Source: Dipteris shenzhenensis
Taxonomy: Eukaryota
Strand: one strand, 5' to 3'
Length of the DNA: 64,000 nucleotides
Assembly (NCBI GenBank): GCA_047967505.1
Contig: CM106538.1
Both the position numbers and the translations under genes were made by a program. Below are positions 13,787-27,350 of the stretch, in pieces. The first letter of the stretch is position 1; each line of letters opens with the position of its first letter. The notes under the pieces were generated by a model, which was given only the letters and a program-made list of their open reading frames with translations, did not search any database and was not told where the DNA came from.

Positions 13787-15337
13787 ATGGGATCACGTCA
13801 CTCATCCGATGAGTACGGACAGCCTCGCAGGAGAAGAGCTCATGATCTTTATGCTCCAGAGGACTTTGATTCCTCTCAGGTGACTACCCCGAGGACTACC
13901 CCTGGTCCGACTCCTCTCGGACCTAGCACCACGACTACCCCTATTCTAACTCCTCTTCCACGTAGCACTGCGACTACCCCTCGGGAAACTCCTTTGCTAG
14001 CCGCGCATGGCTTTGTTGGGAGTCTCGACGAGTTTGTAGCACAGATGAGCGATGAGGAGGCAGTGAGATTCTTCTCTCTGCTATCTTAGAGGACCTCAGC
14101 AATTCCCTCCCCTACACGGATGGGTGGACATACTGCCCAGCCGTCCCCTCGTGCCCCTTCGACTGCAGGGTCATCACCTGCGCATGTGTCTCGCAAGGGA
14201 AGGAAGAGTAGGATGGGCAGCTCATGTTGTGCTGACTCGGGAGATGTAGACGAGTTAGCACACTCACGCTCCTTTAGGTCTCTACTTGGTCCGGAGACAC
14301 AGTATCAGTCAGGTCCCTTTCCCTCTCCTACTCCCACTACTACTCCTCGCTCTGGAAGCGTTCGCGCAGCTTCCACTCCTTCTAACTCTGCTACCGTCAG
14401 TCATCCTTACTCATTAGGGGATCTCTCCTATCAAATCACAGCTGTCGGAGAGATAATAGAAGATAGAAAGGGCAAAGCAGTGATGGCCGCCATGAGGAAG
14501 TTGATGAGTCATCACTTCAAGAGCGGCATAAACACCGATTGGCAGTATCAAGATGCCCAAAAGAAGCAGGCGGTCATTGATGAGTTAAAACAAAGATACC
14601 CTAATTCACCAAATGTAAAGTTTAACGATGATTATATGCGAGAGCGCATGGGTTTGGTCTTGAAGCATCGTAGATCAACCTTGCATACTTCCATCACAAA
14701 GGGGTTGGCTAAACCCAGCTGGGCAGACAAAGCTGATTGGAAGTACTTCAAGAAGCAACATAGGGACCATCCTGAATTGTTCGAGGGTCAAAAGAGGGCT
14801 GCAAAGAGACGGCTGGACATCGTAGGTACTTTGCACTTTGGTGCAGGCGGACGGTATGCGTTCGAGGCAACCATGGTAAGTCTACTTCTTCTCATTTAAT
14901 GTATGGTTCTATTTGTTTTACTACATATTACATGCACTTTAGCTAACTCTAACTCTCGTAAATTGGATCCACAGCAAGCTCCCATGGGTCATCTTCCTAC
15001 AGATGCAGAGACGTGATGCACATTTCGGATAGGAACAAAGCCATGGTTCATTGAGCAAGAGGCAATGGGAGCGACGGTCGATTGGGCTGAGGTGGCTGCT
15101 CGCACGGTATAAGTTTACTCCTACTTGTAATCTCACTTTTTAATTTAAGTTCCAATCTAATTTTCGATTTATATGGTTCGCTCTTAGGGTCAAAGCTCAA
15201 ACGTCCCATCATCGGAGGCGAGCGATCAACAGGGCCAAGGATTAGACGCAGGTGGCGAGGACGAGGGAGAAGACGCAGGTGTCGAGGACCAAGGAACAGG
15301 CCAACAAGACAAGGATGATTCGGATTCGGATGAGTAG
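13787..15337 (+). pseudogene. CACTA second ORF (TnpA-like accessory protein)
   Basis: ATG 13787; S/T/P-rich N-terminus, helical domain ending HFGAGGRY, acidic tail; in-frame TAG at 14087; GT-AG introns near 14876-14974 and 15107-15188; lies within the TIRs. TnpA identity is inferred from position and composition. Confidence 0.65.
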
Positions 15338-15619
15338 TAGTGGTAGTAGCTTTTTGTATATCCGCTTGTTTGAGCAATTTTGTATCGCCCTTTCAAAAGG
15401 GTAATTTTGTTACAAACAATGTTGTATATGTCCAACATGTATATGCTTTTGTTGCTCATCATTTCACAAGAGCGATTTTGTATCACCCTTTTCGCAAGGG
15501 AAATTTTGTTATAAAAAAACTTTGTTTTGTAATTATTTAAAAAAAAAGGATTAGTGGAGCTAAACAGGGCCAAAAGGAAGCCTTGTTTAGCCCCACTAAC
15601 CCTTTTTTTTTACTTCTAT

Positions 15620-15785
15620 TAATCGTCGCTATATAGCGATGTTTACTAGTGTCGCTATATAGCGATGATTAACAGTATCACTATATAGCGACATTTCCTG
15701 TGTCGCTATATAGCGACATTTGCTTGTGTCGCTATATAGTGACAGTCCTTTTCCGATACTTTCAGCGACACTTATAGCGACGTTT
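15620..15785. repeat. CACTA subterminal palindromic repeats, right end
   Basis: At least 5 GTCGCTATATAGCGA variants. Confidence 0.85.
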
Positions 15786-16373
15786 GCGCCCGTGAAAAAA
15801 AAAATTAATGTAAAAAGCATCAGTATTTTCATCGGAAAATGGCCTATGCCTTGTAGTGATTCAAGTGGCTAGTCCCTAATTGAGAAAATTCAAGAGCCAG
15901 GTAAATGATCCCTTGAAACTCTGATTGCCTTGAAATCGGAGCTCTCACTATGCAAGTCTGAAATGTTCAAACACTAAATGCTCGGTGATTTTTCTTGATT
16001 ATCCACGCTTACGTCGCCTCGTGGGAACCTTGAGGTGACCTTCGTCGATTTTGAACTCACAAGCGATCCTATAAATACACCACGATTGACTAAGAAACGA
16101 GTCACGAGCTCCAACTAGAGGAAAATGAGGCGAGAGACGGCGACTCCCTCAGTTCTCGCAATTCAACGGTGAGAAAAATGACGATGATGAGATCCAAATT
16201 GTTTCAACGAGCGGCTTCTACAACGATACAAAATGTTTCAACGAAAGATTCAAGTAACCAAAACATGAGCATACGTAATTTGAATTTGACTCATCACACC
16301 GATTGAACTGCATGGCAGTAGCGAGAAATCCACGTAAAATGACGTCGTTTGCCTTGCTGCCGTTTGCCTCGTT

Positions 16374-16582
16374 GGGCAAAGAAGGCTACTAGATGACACA
16401 AATCAAACCATACCATCTGCGGACCTGGCACCAAGGTTCTCTAATCGCAAAGTCCTTAGAACTGTTGTTGACCAACGGCAGGCTGCCTTCCAAGCTGCAG
16501 TTGCTGATTTCCAATTCGACAGACTGAACACTCCAGGTTTAGGTCCCCGAACCCTGGAGGCAATTCAATACCAGCACCGTGA
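16374..16582 (+). pseudogene. Truncated, frameshifted paralog of the secreted peptide gene at 60771-61187
   Basis: Translates GQRRLLDDTNQ..RFSNRKVLRTVVDQRQAAFQAAVADFQFDRLNTPGLGP/(+2 nt)/NPGGNSIPAP*, colinear with 60983-61187. Upstream 16238-16310 resembles 60334-60428, but the signal-peptide segment is missing. Confidence 0.85.
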
Positions 16583-17708
16583 TTGTCTCAAGGACTCAAT
16601 CACAAACGACATATAGTCTTTGCAACAAGGTTGTACAATCCTTCACGCTATTCTGCAAATATCTGCTTTTGGAAGCTGAAACAAACCATGCGAGACGACA
16701 GGGCTATTCTTGATTTAGACGAATCGATCACTTAAAATAAGTTTGCAGTTGGTTCAAACAATGTACTGTGTTAAAATAAGTTCATTGTACAGTGTCCTTT
16801 TTGGGATAGCCCATAAGTTAAAATCTTCCTTCAATTTTGTGGCAAATTACATGAAAGAAAACCTAGAAAATTTGTGAATTACTACCCCAAAAAGACGGTT
16901 GTGAGGAGATTCTGTGTATTATTATTCCAAGAGTTGGTGGAATTCTAAAAGCCTAATTATAGAATCTATCTAGGTAGAATTATACATATATTGTAAGTAA
17001 TGGATGGCAAACTTCTTCATATATCTTGTACTTCTACTCTCCTACGATAATGGACTTTGTATTTCTAACTACAAGCTATAGAATTTTAAAACCTTGTGTC
17101 ATAGGAAGGTCCATAGTTTATATGATGAAAATGATTTGAATAGGGTTAACAAAGACATTTCGAACTTATTATTCTGGAAGTTTTCTATGCAATAATTCTT
17201 TGAAACAATGATTCATTATGATGTCTGAGTGAATAAACAAGTAAGATTTTCCAATTTAAAAAATAATCAATTCCGTTCACATATGACAAGGTATAAAACT
17301 ATTAAGAATCCATGATTGATATGTCACTATCCAATATTGTCTCAATGAGAACAGTCAAAAGATTAAAATTCAAAATACTTTTGGAAGTGCATGACGAATA
17401 TACATTTAACTTCAAAATACTTTTGGAAGTACATGACTAATATACATTTAACTTGCCAATGGGTCTTCTTGTTTCTCATTATATTCATAATCTTGTCTTA
17501 TATATTTCAAAATGAAGCAAAATCAATGCGGTGATGAGAGGTGGTATTAGACAAAAGGTAGCAATATGCAGCAATATCATTTTGCTTTTATACTACTAAA
17601 AGCTACGAGCTGTTTATGTGCAAAAAATCAAAGCTTTTAGACAAGATTAATTTTGATGTCTAATAATGTGGGTTAGGTTGAAATTCTTGTTGTTTACAAT
17701 TACGGTTC

Positions 17709-17754
<46 letters not shown>
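17709..17754. repeat. (GT)n(GA)n microsatellite
   Basis: Direct reading. Confidence 0.9.
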
Positions 17755-18007
17755 CTCGGGGGGTTCACCTAAAAAATTTTAGTATACCACGTGCATTCAA
17801 AAGTAGGGGTATTTTAATTCATCTTTTGGAAAACATTTAACAGGATTACAATAATAGGAGGGGTTTTTTAATTCAAATTTAAAAGAAATCCCGTTAGTTC
17901 ACAAGTAAAGAGGGGTGGTTTTATTGGGGTGGAGATTTTAGTTGAGGGATTGAATACCTCTTGAATGCACATGATACATATGGTTTTTTAGTAGTGCACC
18001 CCCCCAG
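17755..18007. mobile_element. MITE related to the CTCGGGGGG-TIR family
   Basis: Ends CTCGGGGGGTTCAC...GTGCACCCCCCCAG; GAGAGAGA on both sides (compatible with an 8-bp TSD, though inside a GA tract). Confidence 0.8.
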
Positions 18008-18754
18008 GAGAGAGACTAGAGAGAGACAGAGAGAGAGATACAACCATTTTTCATTCATACAATATTTTGTTAATTGATGCAATATTTAAAGACTAACCAA
18101 CGGATATCATGTGGCAAAGCCATAGGATTAGATCAAGATATTAGAAGGCATTTATTTGTGAATGAAGAGTAGGTTTGAAATGTTAGCTAATATAAGTTTT
18201 TTCTACATAAGAAATACTTTTTATCCATTGTTTGATCCAAAAAATGACCTTTATTGTTTTCTTGTTTTAGTAGTCTGGTTTCCCATCTTTTTGCTCCCTT
18301 GGAAAATTAGGGATATACTGAGGTTTAAAGCAATCAATTCAAATTCGTGATTTAAAATGTTTAAAACATCTAGTGCAAAAAAAACCGTGCTTAAAATCAT
18401 CCTGGAAGTGAATTTTTCTACCACCAACTATGTGTGGCTACTGCACGGTAAATACCTTTCACCACATGGCATTTTAAGATACCACATGGTACTTCACTAA
18501 TAGCACATGCAGGTAATTATACAAACCACGTGGTACTTCACTGATACCTCACGGTAATTATAGATACCACACAGTAACTTACTATTCCAACGTGTTTTGT
18601 CTTTTTTAAGGTCTTGAAAAGTCATCAATGTTTACTATTGTTTCTAGGGTTTTCAGCCCTTCTGAGTTCATTTCTAGTGTCAAAAAGTCAAAGTTATGGA
18701 TTTATCATAAGTTTTGGTTTTTAATTTATTTTTAATTATGTATGTAAGGGATTT

Positions 18755-20610
18755 TGTGTGTAGTAGACATTTACAACACCCCTTTCCATAGTGAAGAGTA
18801 GACAAATTTAGAGTAGGAAAGAGAAGCCATTACAATTCCAGCTGGCCAAATCGTTCTTTTGTGCAAATCCCCCATTTGAAGGATTTTTGCTCTTTTTCAA
18901 GCCTCTGGACATCGGTTTTTGGTGTCTCCAGGGTCAACTTAGGGGTTTTGGCCCGCTTTAGATGCGCTAGCGATGTAAGAATCATCAAATATTGCATAGA
19001 AAATCATCTTTTGAAGATCACATATGTCAGACATAATAAAAGAAAAAGATTTTGAATACGACTTATTTTATATTTTTACATGCTTTTTGGTATTTTTCCA
19101 ACGTTATGTTGGCCCTCTTCTGATTGGTCGAGAGCCTATTTTTCAAAACCCTAAAAGGCCCCAAAATGAGCTCCCTTTTTTCCTAATGAGATTTAATAAT
19201 TATAATGAAAGAAAGGGAAGAGAAGGGGGGGGGGGTGTTTCAATGAACATAAGGTAAGAGAGGGGAGGGGGAAAGAAGGTAATTTTAAGGAAATAGAGAG
19301 GGGAGGGAAAAAGAAGGTAGGGAAAATATACATATATAAAGAGAGAGAGAGAGGGGGGGAGAGAGAGGTAATTAGAGTACGTAAGAGCCGTAGAAAAAGC
19401 ATGAAAGATAGTGCTAAGTGAAATTTAAGGTACAGTGAAGGAAAGGGGAGGGAGGTAATTAGAGTATGTGAAGTGAGGAAAAAATCATAAGAAGAGCGCG
19501 ATAGAGACCTGAGAGTCCATCACGAGGTTTGAGAAAAGGGCTGTACCTCGAAATGCACACACGCATAGAAATTCGAATGCGCCTTCTTAAAGTGGCTTTG
19601 TGAAGTGTGCTACTAGCACAGTGCAGTGGCAAAAGGTAGGAGAGTAAGGTGTGAAGGTAGATACGTAGGTGTGGTAGAAAGGGGTATGGGGTAGAGCAGT
19701 GAGCAACGAGTAATGGGTAGTGAGTAATGTGAGGTTTTTATTTTATAGAAGAGAGATATAGTCGCGTTAGGAGTCAGGGAGGTGAGAGGTCTAGGGGCTA
19801 GAGGAAGCGAAAGAGGCACGCATTTGTGAGGCGTATAGACTGCAGCATGGAGGTGAGAGAGGCATGTAAAATGAGGTGTTTAGACCATGTAGCGAGGAGA
19901 GTGAAAGGGGAAAAGAAAGGGCGATGCACGTGGTGATCAAAGCTTAGATAGATTAGATAGCTTAGATAGTTTAAGTAATTTTTAAATTTTAAACAATAGC
20001 ATAGACAAATACCATTAATTCGTAGAAAAAATAAGGGATTTAAGTGGAAAGTAGAAAAAATAGGGTATTTAAGGGAATTTAGAAAATAAGGGAAGCGGGG
20101 GGGGATTAGAAAACAAGGAAAAAAATTAAGGGAAATTAAAAAAAAGTTTGGGGACTTAAGGGAATTCAGGGAGACTAGGGTGAAATAAATAGTTGGGGTG
20201 GAGATAGTCGGTACAAAAGATTAATGTAATAAATAGATAGTAGGAAAAGAAGAAATTAGGAAGAAAAAGAAAGAGGAAATAAATAGGAAAATTAGGATAA
20301 ATTTGAAAAACATCATGAAATAAATAGAGAGAAAATTTAAAGGAACTAATTAGAAAAAAATATGAAAAAAATAGAAAATTTTATGAAATACTTAAGAGGA
20401 AAAAAGGAAAGTTAAAGAAAATTAAGGAAAAACTAAGGAAAACTTAATAAAAAATCAGAGAGAGAGAGAGCGAGAGAGAGAGAGTTAAATTAGGGAGAAA
20501 TTAAGAGGAGAATAAGGGAGTTTGAGGGAAAAGAAATTAGGAAAATTAAGGGGGGTTGTCGAGGGGAGCTCTAATGAACAAGTGGTAAAACCAATGGAGG
20601 AAGCGATAGT

Positions 20611-20648
<38 letters not shown>

Positions 20649-20992
20649 CCACCTTTGTCCCAGTAGGATATAACACACTAGGTGAGACAGTAGGTCATCA
20701 CCTAGTGTGATGACCTACTGTCTACTCGAAGAGAATAAGAAGTATTAAGAAGTGCAATTTAAAGTAATGGAAATGGAAGAGAAGTACTTGAGTGAGGTAG
20801 GTGAATAGTATGGAAGCAAAGAGGAAAACCAAGTTAGATCAGGGAGTTAAAAAGCCAAATAATGGCCTTGATGACTTAAAGGTCCTATGTGCAACCATCC
20901 AAAGTTATAGGGGAAAGCATGTGTGTGTAGTAGACATTTACAACACCCCTTTCCATAGTGAAGAGTAGACAAATTTGGAGTAGGAAAGAGAA
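18755..20992 (+). repeat. 71-bp direct repeats (18755-18825, 20922-20992) bracketing a purine-rich segment
   Basis: TGTGTGTAGTAGACATTTACAACACCCCTTTCCATAGTGAAGAGTAGACAAATTT(A/G)GAGTAGGAAAGAGAA occurs twice with one mismatch. Confidence 0.8.
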
Positions 20993-21454
20993 ATGTTTAA
21001 TAGATAAACTTTGCAATAAACATCACAAAAAGTGAAGTAGCATAATTAAAGGATGAACATTTTTTTCTAAAAGAGAAAATGTGAGCAGTGAAGCTTAGAT
21101 AAGTCATTGGCAGCATCACTTTTATTGAAGAGGGGAGTCTGCCTACCTACCACCATCCAACAAGAAAAATGATAAGAGCCATATTTTAACTTAGTTGGGA
21201 AGACAAGTGTCATAGACACCCCTCCCTTATTATCGAGATCACAATAATATCGAGATCACAATAAAAAATAGCTGCACACGCTTAAGACTTATAAAGCAAA
21301 TTTTTGATATTCACTTTTGAGTGTAATAAAAAGTTGGGGTGTAGATAGTAGGTAGAAAGGATTAATGTATGTAGGTGTCAGAGGTGCAGAAGGGGAGAAT
21401 TTGATAGGGTAAATTTATGCAACATTTTGGAAAGAATTTGTAAAAAAGTTGGAA

Positions 21455-22790
21455 GTTGCAAAGGTCTTAATATGTGTAAGATACATGTGCTTGCAAAGTT
21501 TCTTGTAATTTTTTTTGTGCACCATGCGAAAGTGCTCCAAAAAATATGCATTGTTGTACTTATACCATCATGTGTATGTGTGTATAGTACTTTGCAAAGG
21601 TCTTAATATGTGTAAGATACATGTGCTTGCAAAGTTTTGGGTAATTCAAATATCATTTGGGAGGTAAGGCATGTATAATTTCTAGTTTTTTTAATCATGC
21701 ACAGTGCTTAAGTGCTCCAAAAAATTTGTGTTACTACATTTCTACCATCATGTGCTTGTGTGTGATGGGTACAATAATTTGTACTAACCTTAATATGAGT
21801 AATTTCCATGAGCTCATAAATTTTATCATTTTTGTGGTAAGATATATGTATTTCTGTGTTTTTTTATCATGCACCATGCTTAAGTCCTCTAAAAAATATG
21901 CAATATTGTTGTACTTCTACCATCATGTGTATATATCTAATGGATACTATACTTTGCAAAGGTCTTAATATGAGTAAGATTCATATTCTTACAAAGTTTA
22001 TATGATTAAGATATCGTTTGTAAGGTAATATATGCATCCTTTCTAGTTTTTTAATCATGCACCATGCGTAAGTGCTCCAAAAATTTGATGTTGTTGTAGT
22101 TCTACCATCACATGTATGTGCCTAATGGAAAAGATAATTTGCACTGATCTTAATATGAGTAATATCCATGATCTCATATTTTTTTTGGTTATTCAGATAT
22201 CATTTGTATGGTAAGATATGCACATTTCCATGTTTTTTAATCATGCACCATGCATAAATGCTTCAAAAAATATGAATTGTTGTACTTCTACCATCATGTG
22301 TATGTGTCTAATGGGTACCATAATTTGTAGAGGTCTCAATATGAGTACTATCCATGTACTTCCAAAGTCTATTGTGATTTGGATATCATTTTTTAGGTAA
22401 GACATGCATAGTTTCTACTTTTTTTATCATTCACCAAGTGTAAGTACTCTAAAAAACATGCATTGTCGTGCATCTACCATCATGTGTATATGTCTAATGG
22501 GAACAATTATTTGTAGAGGTTTTAATATGTGTAATATCCATGTGCTCATAAAGTTTGATGTGATTCAGATATTATTTGTGAGGTAAGAGATGCATAGTTT
22601 CTAGTTTTTAAATCATGTACGATGCACAAGTGCTCAAAAAAATGTGTGTCATTATACTTCTGCCATCATGTGTATGTATCCAATGGGTACAATCCTCATA
22701 CGATACTATATACTGGACTTAATATAAATAAGATCCATGAGATTGAAATTTTTTGTGTGATTTGGATATCATTTGTATCATAAAATATGC
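21455..22790 (+). repeat. Degenerate tandem repeat, ~186-bp period, ~7 units
   Basis: Recurring TCTTAATATGAGTAA..CATG and TTCTACCATCATGTG; ORF-track peptides at 22218 and 22404 are similar and 186 bp apart. Confidence 0.85.
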
Positions 22791-23253
22791 ATATTGGGTC
22801 ATTGGTTGCTTGGGTGTAGCCATTTTTTGTGAGATTTAGGGAATTTTTTGGATATAGGTATCTTGCATAACCCATAACTTATGCTCAACGGAATTTGACA
22901 AACTTTTCTCCAAGTTGTAGTACACATTCCAAACTTGAACATGAAACCAAAAAATTTTGGAATAACAATTTAAAATGAGACCGTTAAAGCATTACCAATG
23001 CTCTGTTGCATGTGAATCATGCATCGTGAAGACTACGGGATATAGCAATTTATATAAGAACATCAAAATTTTGTTATGTATATACATGCAACCAAGTAAT
23101 CATTCAAAAGTACACTACATGAGCTTCTTGTTCGTGAACCCAAGGACACACCTAAATGAGAACATTAGGCATGGATTAATGGGCCTCCACTATTGTGCTA
23201 AAGTGATGCACACCCATTTTGAGGGCACGCCCCATAACATTTTTTTTAATTTG

Positions 23254-25371
23254 TTGAAAACCATAACAAATTGAAATTTTGGAATCTAAACTAGTGAAAC
23301 TACTGCATGGTGGTCTTAAAACATTGATAGTTATTGGTATTGGTATCTAGATTCACCCTAAAATGGAAGAAGTTGAAAATGTGTAATTTGTGCATGTGCA
23401 AAGATCTTTTAATAAATCCAACACTATTTATAATTTTAAATTATTTATTTTTCCATGCACTTGCTTGCTATATGGCTCATAAGCATGCCAAAGGTCATTG
23501 CATTTCATAATACATAGCATCGAACCCGATAACATGCCCTTTGGGAGCCCTTTGGACTATTTGTGTTTTGAAGCATTTGAGGCCACATTGCTTTTGTTTG
23601 GGATATTATCCAATTCTATTGACGTGTATTGTCGAAGGGATGAAACCGATGGCTAAAAAGTTTTCTACTCCCACAAATTTCAAATTTTCATACCTCCCTT
23701 GGGCAGATTAAGTACCTACAACCTACCCCTGCCTTGCAACCTGCACGAGCCTCAATGTGACCTTGTGCCGTCTTTGGTTTGGCATTGTCATGTTCTGGGT
23801 AAGTTGTCTTATATTCTTTGCTTGCCTCACAAGCTAGCTTCTCTCTATTTTGGCTTGGCATTGTCATCTTTCATTGATCATTTCCTTGGCACCGTGTAGC
23901 TCACCATGGCTTGCAAGAGAAGAAGACAGAGGCACTGATATAGGAAAGATGAAAAGCTTAGTCAAGGAACAAGGACAGATTGCGGGTCGAGGAAAGAAAC
24001 GGCACAGTATCAAAACAACGGAAGACAAGTTTTGCAACACTTGCAAAGGGAGAAACAGCGAGAAGAAATAAGACTCCTTACAGCAGCGTAGCAACAGGAA
24101 GCAGTTATAGATGCATGCATTCAATCATTGACATTAGAGCAAAGAACACAAGTTGTGAAGCAATAGCCATTCAGGTGAATACCAATCTTGATTCTTCACA
24201 AGCTTTTGCTTGCACCCTAAAGTTTGTAGAGTGACAACCCTACCAATACGTAGGGAGATGCACATAGAGCGGAAGCAATGCCCAATCATCCCGATCCGAG
24301 CAGTCAACAAAATTGAAAACCATAACAAATTGAAATTTTGGAATCTAAACTAGTGAAACTACTGCATGGTGGTCTTAAAACATTGATAGTTATTGGTATT
24401 GGTATCTAGATTCACCCTAAAATGGAAGAAGTTGAAAATGTGTAATTTGTGCATGTGCAAAGATCTTTTAATAAATCCAACACTATTTATAATTTTAAAT
24501 TATTTATTTTTCCATGCACTTGCTTGCTATATGGCTCATAAGCATGCCAAAGGTCATTGCATTTCATAATACATAGCATCAAACCCGATAGCATGCCCTT
24601 TGGGAGCCCTTTGGACTATTTGTGTTTTGAAGCATTTGAGGCCACATTGCTTTTGTTTGGGATATTATCCAATTCTATTGACGTGTATCGTCGGAGGGAT
24701 GAAACCGATGGCTGAAAATTTTTCTACTTCCACAAATTTCAAATTTTCATACCTCCCCTGGGCAGATTAAGTACCTACAACCTACCCCTGCCTTGCAACT
24801 TGCACGAGCCTCAATGTGACCTTGTGCCGTCTTTGGTTTGGCATTGTCATGTTCTGGGTAAGTTGTCTTATATTCTTTGCTTGCCTCACAAGCTAGCTTC
24901 TCTCTATTTTGGCTTGGCATTGTCATCTTTCATTGATCATTTCCTTGGCACCGTGTAGCTCACCATGGCTTGCAAGAGAAGAAGACAGAGGCACTGATAT
25001 AGGAAAGATGAAAAGCTTAGTCAAGGCACAAGGACAGATTGCGGGTCGAGGAAAGAAACGGCACAGTATCAAAACAACAACGGAAGACAAGTTTTGCAAC
25101 ACTTGCAAAGGGAGAAACAACGAGAAGAAATAAGACTCCTTACAGCGTAGCAACAGGAAGCGGTTATAGATGCATGCATTTAATCATTGACATTAGAGCA
25201 AAGAACACAAGTTGTGAAGCAATAGCCATTCAGGTGAATACCAATCTCGATTCTTCACAAGCTTTTGCTTGCACCCTAAAGTTTGTAGAGTGACAACCCT
25301 ACCAATACGTAGGGAGATGCACATAGAGCGGAAGCAATGCCCAATCATCCCGATCCGAGCAGTCAACAAAA
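23254..25371 (+). repeat. Recent tandem duplication, 2 x 1059 bp
   Basis: 23254-24312 is repeated at 24313-25371; ORFs 23850/24909 and 23980/25039 nearly identical. Confidence 0.95.
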
Positions 25372-25959
25372 TGCAAGAAAAGGAGAGACAACCTAAGTGC
25401 AAAAGTCATTACAATAGTGATGATGTTTTGGCATTTATCCAAATAACAAGGACATCTATAGAAAGTAAATGGGATGCAAGATGCTTGACGAGCACATCAT
25501 ACACATGCTTGATACAATGTAGGTCAGTGATTGCCTAAACCATCCTGGTGGTTGTTTGTGATTGAGCTTTGGGATAGTTTACTTGTTTCATTTCTTGATA
25601 CAACACAAGTCAATGGTTGCATGTATGTACGTTGCTCTACTGAAGAAGAGGCTCATACAAATGACAAGGTATAGCAACCTATCAAACCTGTGTGCCCAAC
25701 TTTCATGAGTTGAAGGTCGTCTATTGTTTGCATGGATGAACGTCCATCAGAATAGGATGTAGCATCTATCATAGGCTCATAAAGAAGGAGCTGACAGTGT
25801 AAAGGCCTAGAAGCCTGAAATATCACTAAGAAAGCATAAGATATCCCTAAAGCATTTCAAAGAGGTTTAGCTCCATCAGGTCCGCGCATGACAACTGCTC
25901 TACTATCATGTGGCTATAGCTACCTGATGCCTTATATTGGGGCATGCTACAAGATTGTA

Positions 25960-27350
25960 AGGCCTATGCTAGGCCTGCCCATGGAGTGGAACAAGTGCCA
26001 GTGGCAAAGGATGTTGTCTCTTGAGGGGTGGTGGAGACTAAGACATAGGGCACAGCGGGGGTGGTCGGCATAGCTTCGCCTCTTGTATGAAGACCTATTT
26101 CAATTGTCTCATCGCCCTGAAGATCTTCATTCAATGAGAATAGGCTCCACTTGAACCTATTTGCCCTTGCCTTGAGGATCCGCTCACTGGAGACGCAGTT
26201 GTTGATGCATGAAGTCGTGCAACTAGCAGTCCTCAAATTGAGCGAGCAACTGACTTGTGTTCAGTTGCATATGAATTGCCGGAGTGACACTGGGCATTGT
26301 CCTTGCTCTCTTGGGCTTCACCTCCATTTCTTCTTGCTCGATTTGTACTGGGCCGGTGGTGGATTTCTCTACTAGGCCGAAGTTGACTGGCAGATGCTGA
26401 CTCTTTAACTAATAGAGGACCGACATGTATAGCATGGGATTGCCGATAATGTCCCCGTGGGTGCTGAGATCGTCTCGCATTTGGCTGCAGAAGTAGTCAG
26501 CCCAGTTTGTCTCTTGGAACTCCACCATTCGCAGCAAGATATTGGGGACAATGGACTGATGATGGTATGTGTGCTTAACTTGAGTGAGCCATTGCAAGGC
26601 TCTTGTTGGTTGCTCCACTTTGGGCTTGTGGATGGCTATGAATTGGAGGTGGCCCTTGCACTTGTGGCAGTCATAGTGACAGACCGTTTTGAGGGCATCG
26701 AGCATTTTCTTCTTGTTGGAGTGTTTCTCCCTTACCACTGGCAGGTTGAAGGCTACCCACACCATGTCCTAATTGATTTGGTAGTGGTGGGGGTTGCCTG
26801 TTGCATCTCGCAAGATGCCAACGTTGGTGTCGCTATTGTACGCCTTGAGGAATTTTGCTAGTGTCATGTTGAGGTGGCATGGGAAACGGGCGGCTATTAT
26901 GCCCAAGCCTGCAAAGTTGAGTGCCTCCACCACTGCTAGGTCCTGGAAAGTTGTGTATGCTGCCTGTGCTGTATGGTAGTGGAGGGTGTAGTCGTAGCCC
27001 TCGTATGCAAAGCGCAAGTGTATCACATAAGCATTTAGTTCTTGGAGCCATGCTTCTCCAAGTGGCAAGTGTTTGGAAGCGTACGACCTTGTACTCGGCT
27101 TGCGATTGGCACTAGGGTGCGCTTTCGTGTCCTCGAGCGAGGTGTGCCTGCCATAGTTGGATCTTCTTGAGTGGCCTGCCTGGTGGAAGTTTCTTCGCCT
27201 TGTAAGTCTTCCAAGGGTATCTTGGCCAACATGTGGATTGTGGCAGACGGAGTGCTTTGGGAGTCTGATGGGCCAATGGCCTCTAGGTTAGGGTGAGGGT
27301 GGAGTCCGAGGTCTGTTTCAAACTCGAAGAAATTGTGCTCAATCACCATC
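25960..27350 (-). pseudogene. Decayed ORF resembling plant retrotransposon accessory proteins
   Basis: 26769-27068 and 26409-26765 are in one frame split by a stop; pattern FLKAY..G...IN.DMVWVAFNLP...NWADYF. Family assignment is by loose resemblance only. Confidence 0.4.

Larger units (their letters stand above)
3701..15858 (-). mobile_element. CACTA (EnSpm) DNA transposon, copy 1, full length but decayed
   Basis: CACTAC at 3701 and GTAGTG ending 15858; 3-bp TSD ATT (3698-3700, 15859-15861); imperfect ~29-bp TIRs; TCGCTATATAGCGA repeats at both ends; Tnp2-type transposase inside. Confidence 0.95.

Noticed and set aside
3140-22812. 19-bp inverted match CAAGCAACCAATGACCCAA (3140-3158 vs 22794-22812) as TIRs of a giant element
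   Set aside because: No flanking TSD; more likely a shared motif of a dispersed repeat.
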